DNA from: an uncultured Commensalibacter sp.
Lineage (GTDB): Bacteria; Pseudomonadota; Alphaproteobacteria; Acetobacterales; Acetobacteraceae
Direction: 5' to 3'
Length of the DNA: 64,000 nucleotides
NCBI GenBank assembly: GCA_946699565.1
Contig: CAMPDW010000005.1
Span: 20,978 to 84,977 of the forward strand
Part shown: in pieces, positions 57,940-64,000 of the stretch
Numbering within the stretch: the first letter of the stretch is position 1
How the letters are laid out: each line of letters opens with the position of its first letter
Position numbers and translations under genes: made by a program
Notes under the pieces: model-generated
Database searches by the model: none
Told to the model about the DNA's origin: nothing
Seen by the model: the letters and a program-made list of their open reading frames with translations, nothing else

Positions 57940-60231
57940 TTATGTACCCTCAGGAATTAATGATTGAGCACCACAATCATCATTTTGACCATCCTTATTA
58001 TTTCTTGAATGAGAATGATCATTTACATGACGATTTTGTTGTAACCATAAGGTTCGATAGATTTCGCAATTTTCAAGTAATTCTTCATGTGGACCAATTG
58101 CTTGCATTTCCCCCTGATCCATTACTAAAATTTTATCACAATTAACCAGAGAAGATAAACGGTGTGAAACAATTACCATTGTTCTCCCTTTAGCAATATG
58201 CTCCAAATTGGCATTAACTAAAGCTTCACTTTCAGGATCCAAAGCAGAAGTAGCCTCATCAAGAATCATCAATTTTGGGTCAAGAATAACTGCACGAGCA
58301 ATTGCAAGACGTTGTCTTTGCCCTCCAGAAATATTGGTTGACCCTTCTTCAATAAAAGTATCATAACCAGCAGGCATACGTTCAATAAATTCTTCTGCCC
58401 CAGCCATTCTTGCTGCCCAAATAACTTTTTCCATTGTTAGGCCTGGACGACCCGCAGTAATATTATCTTTAATTGTCCCACGGAATAAAAAGTTGTCCTG
58501 TAAAACAACACCAAATGAACGCCTTAAATGAGTTAAATTAATTTCACGTAAATCAACTCCATCCAATCTCAAGAATCCTTCATAATTTCGACTGACTCCT
58601 TGTAATAAACGTGTTATCGTTGATTTACCAGAACCGCTTCGTCCAACTAATCCCAACATTGTTCCTGCAGGAATAGAAAAGGTTACATTTTTCAAAGCAC
58701 GACTAGTTCCGCCTGGATAAGTAAAATTAATATGTTCAAAAGATAAAGCGCCTATAATTTTTGGTCTTAACCCTGTTGTAAGAGCTTTTGTTTCCGTTGG
58801 ATTATTTAAAATTTCACCTGCCTGTCCTAAAGCTGTACCAACTTCTGTTATTGTAGTCATTAATTTTGCCAATCCAACTAGGGGTGAAGCTACTCTTCCA
58901 CCTAACATCATAAATGCAACAATTGCACCCGAATCTACCCCTGCTGTTGGATTGGTAATACATATAAAAGCACCAATCAAAATAACACCTCGATTGATAA
59001 AAAAATCTAGAGGCATAACCAAAGTTTCAGGCCAATTCTGCATACGTGATGTTGCCAATCTCCATTTAGAAACATCTGCTATAATAGTATCCCACTCTCG
59101 TCTACGTGCTGGTTCTAAAGCTAATGTTTTAACAGTTCGAATCCCAGCAACACTTTCATACATTGCTGATCCTCTGGTCATTTCGGCTTCTATACGACTA
59201 CCATAATAATACCCCAAAGGTTTAATAAAGATAACAACAATTAAACCAATCATTCCAGCTGCAGTAATAGTTAACCACGCTAAAATAATACTAATGTAAA
59301 ATAAAAAAGGTAAAATAACGACTAACGTAAAAAGATCAAGAAAAGTCATCATTAATCGCCCAGTAATAAAATCTCTTACTTGATAGATTTGGGCAACTTT
59401 TCCAATAACACGCCCCGCTTGTTGACGTTCAAAAAATTCTAGAGGCAAGGCAAGTAAACGATTATACGTATGAATGGAAATACGTGCATCTAAACGAGTT
59501 CCCATAACATTGGTCAATTCTCGTCTAGCATAACTCATTAAAACTTCATAAAAACTTAAAACAATCAAAAGACCAGTAATAGAAACTAATGTTGCCATGG
59601 ATTGGAACGCAACAACTCTATTAACAACCTGCATAACTATAAAAGCTGGAAAAATCTGTAAAACACTTATAATCATAGAACTGATCGAAATATCACGCAA
59701 AGATGTTCGTTCACGTAAGACCATACGGAAAAGCCATTTAAAATCTATCTTTTCTTCACTTTCAGATAGCTTTTTATTAGCTTTTACCAGTAAAATATCA
59801 CCTGTCCAAGCCTGTCTCAAACGAACTTCTTCAACGGCAATTGGTGGAGTACCTTCTTCTTTTAAGGGATCTCTTAAAAAAACTATTCTTTTTTGAGGAT
59901 TTACACCTACCATTAACCCCGCGGAACCGTCCTTAAACATTAACACAATAGGAGGTGAATTATACAAACGAATCAAATACCTCCACTTCAAACGCATTCC
60001 CTTGGCAATTAATCCTTGACTATTCAGCCATCGCGCTAAAGTAGCAGGTGAAGGTGAGGATTCCCCTGGCTCAGCTGCAAAATCACGTATATCAAGATCA
60101 ATACCGTGATATTTTGCAGCGGCCATTGTTGCGCGTAAACGGATCATCATTGGAGAAAGCTTATGGGGTTTCTCTTGATTATTGCTTTGTTCCGCTCCTG
60201 ATTGTATGGAGCCTTTATCTGGTTGATCCAC
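57940..60231 (-). CDS. Type I secretion ABC transporter (HlyB-like) with N-terminal C39-like domain lacking catalytic residues
   Basis: 763 aa. N-terminal domain AAAKYHGIDL...PPIVLMFKDG...GDILLVK, six-TM exporter core, Walker A GRSGSGKST, signature ISGGQRQRLAIARA, Walker B LMILDEATSALD. Its stop lies 2 nt from the HlyD start. Confidence 0.92.
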   Translation of the reverse strand: MDQPDKGSIQSGAEQSNNQEKPHKLSPMMIRLRATMAAAKYHGIDLDIRDFAAEPGESSPSPATLARWLNSQGLIAKGMRLKWRYLIRLYNSPPIVLMFKDGSAGLMVGVNPQKRIVFLRDPLKEEGTPPIAVEEVRLRQAWTGDILLVKANKKLSESEEKIDFKWLFRMVLRERTSLRDISISSMIISVLQIFPAFIVMQVVNRVVAFQSMATLVSITGLLIVLSFYEVLMSYARRELTNVMGTRLDARISIHTYNRLLALPLEFFERQQAGRVIGKVAQIYQVRDFITGRLMMTFLDLFTLVVILPFLFYISIILAWLTITAAGMIGLIVVIFIKPLGYYYGSRIEAEMTRGSAMYESVAGIRTVKTLALEPARRREWDTIIADVSKWRLATSRMQNWPETLVMPLDFFINRGVILIGAFICITNPTAGVDSGAIVAFMMLGGRVASPLVGLAKLMTTITEVGTALGQAGEILNNPTETKALTTGLRPKIIGALSFEHINFTYPGGTSRALKNVTFSIPAGTMLGLVGRSGSGKSTITRLLQGVSRNYEGFLRLDGVDLREINLTHLRRSFGVVLQDNFLFRGTIKDNITAGRPGLTMEKVIWAARMAGAEEFIERMPAGYDTFIEEGSTNISGGQRQRLAIARAVILDPKLMILDEATSALDPESEALVNANLEHIAKGRTMVIVSHRLSSLVNCDKILVMDQGEMQAIGPHEELLENCEIYRTLWLQQNRHVNDHSHSRNNKDGQNDDCGAQSLIPEGT

Positions 60232-60631
60232 CGATCATCCTTTATCAACTAAAGTTAACAAAATTACTTAAATTCTTTTATAGAATTATATCGACACATC
60301 GACTTTATATCATTTAAAAACTTAAAATTAGACATAAATATGAATTTTTATTTTAAATCAATCCAAATATTTTTCATTATATTTTTCATTTAAAATCTTT
60401 CTAGGTATTATCATATAATTAAAAAAAATTAAAGTCTTATATGTTACGAATTAGCAATAAATAAATCCAAAAAATATTCATATTTTTTACATAACTTACT
60501 TTTATAATGCAACATAAATAATTCTATAAATTTAATGATTTATTCGTAATAAATATCGAAAAAGAGTTTTTATTTTACTAAAATATGTTAAGTATTTCTG
60601 TAATTTTTTTCATCAACCATTAAGATTTCAA

Positions 60632-63600
60632 ATGTTTAAACAAAACCAACTTTTAAATCAGCTCCATGAACAAATTCTTTTGTGTGATGGAGGGATGGGG
60701 TCCATTATTCAAACCCTTGATCTTGATACTCAAAAAGATTTTTGGGGCAAAGAAAATTGTACTGAAATTCTTAATTTATCTAAACCTGAATTAATTAGAG
60801 ATATTCATAAACGTTATTTCTCAGCTGGTGCGGATATGGTGGAAACAAATTCTTTTGGAGGTTCGTCCATAACCCTTTCAGAATTTGATCTTCAGGACCA
60901 AACAAGGGAAATTAATAAACGTGCTGCTGAAATCGCTAATGAGGCAGCCAACACATTTGCGGATCATAAAAAAAGATATATTCTTGGATCCATTGGTCCA
61001 GGGACACGATTGCCTTCACTAGGCAATATTGATTACGATTCACTCGAGCAAGCAATTACCGAACAATGCCGAGGATTAATTGATGGTGGAGTACATGCAT
61101 TTTTAATTGAAACATGCCAAGATCCACTTCAAATTAAAGCTGCTGTTAATGCAGCAAGAATAGCTCAAAAAGAAGCAAGCATTTTTTTACCAATTTTCGT
61201 ACAAGTTACGATTGAAACAACGGGAACCCTTCTCGTTGGGAGTGACATTGCTGCTGCTGCCACGGTTATTGAAGCACTTGACGTTCAAATGATGGGAATG
61301 AATTGCGGAACTGGGCCCCGAGAAATGGCAGAAGGTATTAAATGGCTTTCCCAATACTGGCCACATTTAATTTCCATGCAACCTAATGCAGGGTTACCAG
61401 AATTGGTGAACGGAAAAACACATTATCCGCTTTCACCAGAAGAAATGGCTATTTGGATGGCGCGTTATATAAAAGAACAAAAAATCAATATGATTGGAGG
61501 ATGTTGTGGAACCAATCCAAATCATATCGCTGCCTTTGATCAAATGCTTAAAAAAGAAGCTGAACAAGGAGGGAGAGCCACAGATCGTCCTGCAAGCATT
61601 CCAAGAAGCTCCATTTGGATTCCCTCTGTTTCAAGCCTTTTTAGTCCGACACCGCTTCGGCAAGAAAATAGTTTGTTTTCGATTGGTGAACGGTGCAATG
61701 CAAATGGTTCAAAAAAATGGCGTGATTTACAAGATCAACAAGATTGGGATAGCTGTGTTACGGTAGGAAAAGAGCAATTAAAAGAAGGTTCCAATGCTTT
61801 GGATGTTTGTATGGCGTTTGTTGGTCATGATGAAAAAAAGGAAATGAGCAAGATTATTCCTCGCTTTACTTCATCAATTAATATCCCATTAGTCATAGAT
61901 TCTACGAGTACTGAAGTCATTGAAGCATGTCTAAAACTGCATGGCGGTAAACCAATTATTAATTCAATTAATTTTGAAGATGGTGAAACTATTGCGGCCC
62001 AAAGATTAGAGTTGGCCCGTAAATTTGGTGCTGCTGTTGTTGCCTTAACCATAGATGAAGAAGGAATGGCACGAACTCCAGAAGATAAATTACGAATTGC
62101 CCGTCGTTTAGTTGATTTTGCTTGTCATAAATATGGTTTACCCCAATCCGATCTAATGATTGATCCTTTAACCTTTACGATTGCTACTGGTGTTGAGAAT
62201 GATCGTAAATTAGGGCTATGGACATTACAAGGTATCAAAGCCATTCATGATGAATTTCCCGATATTCAAATTGTACTCGGATTATCCAATATTTCTTTCG
62301 GTCTTAATCCAGCAGCTAGAGCAGTTTTAAATTCTGTCTTTCTCTATCATGCTCAACAAATGGGTATGACTGCCGCTATTGTGCATGTATCAAAAATACG
62401 TCCGATACATCTACTTGATAAGGGAGAAGTAAAAATTATCGAAGATTTGATTTTTGATCAACGAACAAAAGAATATGACCCTTTAAAAAAAGTATTAGAA
62501 ATTTTTGCAGATCGTAAAACAACTCAAATCGCCACTCGTACAACTGCTACTACAATTGAAGAACAACTCCATGATCGTATTGTTGATGGCAATCGTAAAG
62601 GTTTAGAAGATGATCTAAAAAAAGCCATGAAAATTTATACCCCATTAGAAATCATCAATACATTATTACTCAATGGTATGAAAACGGTTGGTAAATTATT
62701 TGGATCAGGGAAAATGCAGCTTCCTTTCGTTCTCCAATCCGCTGAAACAATGAAGGCTGCTGTATCCTTTCTCGAGCCTTTTATGGAAAAGAAAAATAAT
62801 GAAACCAAAGGAACAATAGTTCTTGCCACAGTTAAAGGTGATGTCCATGACATAGGGAAAAACCTCGTTGATATCATACTAAGTAATAATGGTTTTAAGG
62901 TTGTTAATTTGGGTATTAAAGTTCCTGTTGCAGATATGATTCAAGCAGCTAGGGAACATCAAGCCGATGCGATTGGTATGTCAGGATTATTAGTCAAATC
63001 TACGGTTGTCATGAAAGAAAATCTTGAAGAAATGGCGCGACAAGGATTGAATATACCTGTCCTACTTGGGGGCGCAGCCTTGACACGGACTTATGTTGAG
63101 AAAGATTGCACTGACACGTACAAGAAAAATAATGGGCTAGTTGCTTATGCAAGGGATGCTTTTGATGGGTTAACCCTTATGGAAAAACTAACCGATGGTA
63201 ATTTAGAAAATTATCTTGAAGCACAAAAAATTAAAAATAAAAAACCGAAACGTCCCGAGAAAAAAGAAGTTCCAGTCATCCTCCCTTTTACTAAAGAAGA
63301 GGCAACAGCTCGAAGAAGGAAACTCATAATACAAGAACCTCCTCTTAATCCACCTTTCTGGGGGACAAGAAGACTTGAAACAAGTTTAAAAGCCATTCTA
63401 CCCTTTTTAAATAAACGTTCCCTATATCAATTACAATGGGGAATGAAAAAACAGGGTAAAACGCTGGAGGAATTCCTTCAAAGTGCCAAGAGTAATTTGC
63501 ATCCTATTTTAAATAAATTAATTCAGCAATGTGAAAAGGAAAAAATCTTACAGCCACAAGCTGTTTATGGTTACTGGAAAGCCGCTGCAAGTGCAGAAAA

Positions 63601-64000
63601 TTTAATTTTATTTAATGAAGATGGAAAAACTGAACTTTGTTGTTTTGCACTTCCAAGGCAACTAGAGAATAATCGTATCTGTATTACTGATTATATCCGA
63701 GATATTAATGATCCCATTCGTGATGTAATTGGCTTGCAAATAGTTACAGTTGGTCAACATGCTTCAGATATAGCCAGAATTTGGTTTGAAGAAAACCGTT
63801 ATCAAGATTATTTATATTTGCATGGATTATCTGTTGAAATGACGGAGGCAATGGCCGAATATACTCATCAAAAAATGAGGAATGAATTGGGATTTAGTCA
63901 TGAGGATGATCCCAATATCGATAATTTATTAATGCAGAATTATCGAGGATCTAGATATTCTTTTGGTTACCCAGCCTGTCCCAATCTTGAAGATCAAAAA
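60632..64000 (+). CDS. metH: Cobalamin-dependent methionine synthase (N-terminal 1123 codons; continues past window end)
   Basis: Absent from the ORF track because it stays open to the window end. ATG at 60632: MFKQNQLLNQLHEQILLCDGGMGS. Hcy domain with MNCGTGP and GGCCGTNP (about 61.5 kb). Pterin-binding domain. B12-binding GDVHDIGKN (DxHxxG, about 62.84 kb), then SGLL and GGA. Start of the AdoMet-activation domain. Confidence 0.93.
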   Translation, partial: MFKQNQLLNQLHEQILLCDGGMGSIIQTLDLDTQKDFWGKENCTEILNLSKPELIRDIHKRYFSAGADMVETNSFGGSSITLSEFDLQDQTREINKRAAEIANEAANTFADHKKRYILGSIGPGTRLPSLGNIDYDSLEQAITEQCRGLIDGGVHAFLIETCQDPLQIKAAVNAARIAQKEASIFLPIFVQVTIETTGTLLVGSDIAAAATVIEALDVQMMGMNCGTGPREMAEGIKWLSQYWPHLISMQPNAGLPELVNGKTHYPLSPEEMAIWMARYIKEQKINMIGGCCGTNPNHIAAFDQMLKKEAEQGGRATDRPASIPRSSIWIPSVSSLFSPTPLRQENSLFSIGERCNANGSKKWRDLQDQQDWDSCVTVGKEQLKEGSNALDVCMAFVGHDEKKEMSKIIPRFTSSINIPLVIDSTSTEVIEACLKLHGGKPIINSINFEDGETIAAQRLELARKFGAAVVALTIDEEGMARTPEDKLRIARRLVDFACHKYGLPQSDLMIDPLTFTIATGVENDRKLGLWTLQGIKAIHDEFPDIQIVLGLSNISFGLNPAARAVLNSVFLYHAQQMGMTAAIVHVSKIRPIHLLDKGEVKIIEDLIFDQRTKEYDPLKKVLEIFADRKTTQIATRTTATTIEEQLHDRIVDGNRKGLEDDLKKAMKIYTPLEIINTLLLNGMKTVGKLFGSGKMQLPFVLQSAETMKAAVSFLEPFMEKKNNETKGTIVLATVKGDVHDIGKNLVDIILSNNGFKVVNLGIKVPVADMIQAAREHQADAIGMSGLLVKSTVVMKENLEEMARQGLNIPVLLGGAALTRTYVEKDCTDTYKKNNGLVAYARDAFDGLTLMEKLTDGNLENYLEAQKIKNKKPKRPEKKEVPVILPFTKEEATARRRKLIIQEPPLNPPFWGTRRLETSLKAILPFLNKRSLYQLQWGMKKQGKTLEEFLQSAKSNLHPILNKLIQQCEKEKILQPQAVYGYWKAAASAENLILFNEDGKTELCCFALPRQLENNRICITDYIRDINDPIRDVIGLQIVTVGQHASDIARIWFEENRYQDYLYLHGLSVEMTEAMAEYTHQKMRNELGFSHEDDPNIDNLLMQNYRGSRYSFGYPACPNLEDQK

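Noticed and set aside
57940-60231. The ABC plus HlyD pair as a class II microcin/bacteriocin (double-glycine leader) exporter, possibly for a glycocin given the adjacent glycosyltransferases.
   Set aside because: The N-terminal peptidase-like domain lacks the catalytic Cys and His in my alignment. I also found no small leader-peptide ORF with a GG/GA cleavage motif in the flanking DNA.
48786-60231. An RTX toxin or adhesin locus.
   Set aside because: None of the adjacent ORFs contains GGxGxD nonapeptide repeats. There is also no acyltransferase (HlyC-like) or LapG/LapD gene.
60232-60631. A possible riboswitch (B12 or SAM) in the 400-bp leader between the T1SS operon and metH.
   Set aside because: The sequence is almost entirely A/T. 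It has no conserved riboswitch core (no B12-box-like GCCACTG) and no stable GC-containing helices.

Overview
This is a visibly AT-rich bacterial chromosome segment. It most likely comes from a host-associated alphaproteobacterium undergoing some gene decay. Support for that: a circularly permuted two-piece tmRNA gene (tag ANDNFEAHAIAA) sits directly upstream of an alpha-type sspB, alongside opgC, thyX, a multiply disrupted ndh and a 1.5 kb degraded spacer between queA and tgt.

I can support about 55 protein genes, 2 tRNAs (Gly-GCC, Met/Ile2-CAU), 1 tmRNA, 1 clear pseudogene and a few hairpin terminators. I saw no rRNA, CRISPR array, transposase, integrase or prophage module.

Most of the window is housekeeping:
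- Transport and redox: pitA, cysG, grxB, apbC, ppa.
- Metabolism: ansB-like, gldA, thyX, pdxR/pdxST, bluB-like, metH.
- Protein quality control and translation: degP, ettA, djlA.
- tRNA modification and envelope: queA, tgt, queG, mlaA/mlaC.

There are two accessory patches. The first (3.4-11.4 kb) encodes envelope or secreted factors: ecotin, a GT25 glycosyltransferase, a 585-aa orphan, two tandem 4-Cys secreted paralogs and a secreted DRGH nuclease.

The second (48.8-60.2 kb, minus strand) is the best candidate for an undescribed system. It is a type I secretion pair (HlyB-like ABC with a catalytically dead C39-like domain, plus a HlyD-like membrane fusion protein) packed tightly against four other genes: a signal-less 629-aa Sel1-repeat protein, a 1032-aa soluble TPR-GT2-GT-B-like glycosyltransferase, a 356-aa orphan with three ChW-like repeats, and a GT4 enzyme. 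No RTX-type substrate is present.

All functional calls come from reading the translated ORFs and recalling family motifs. No database search was run.
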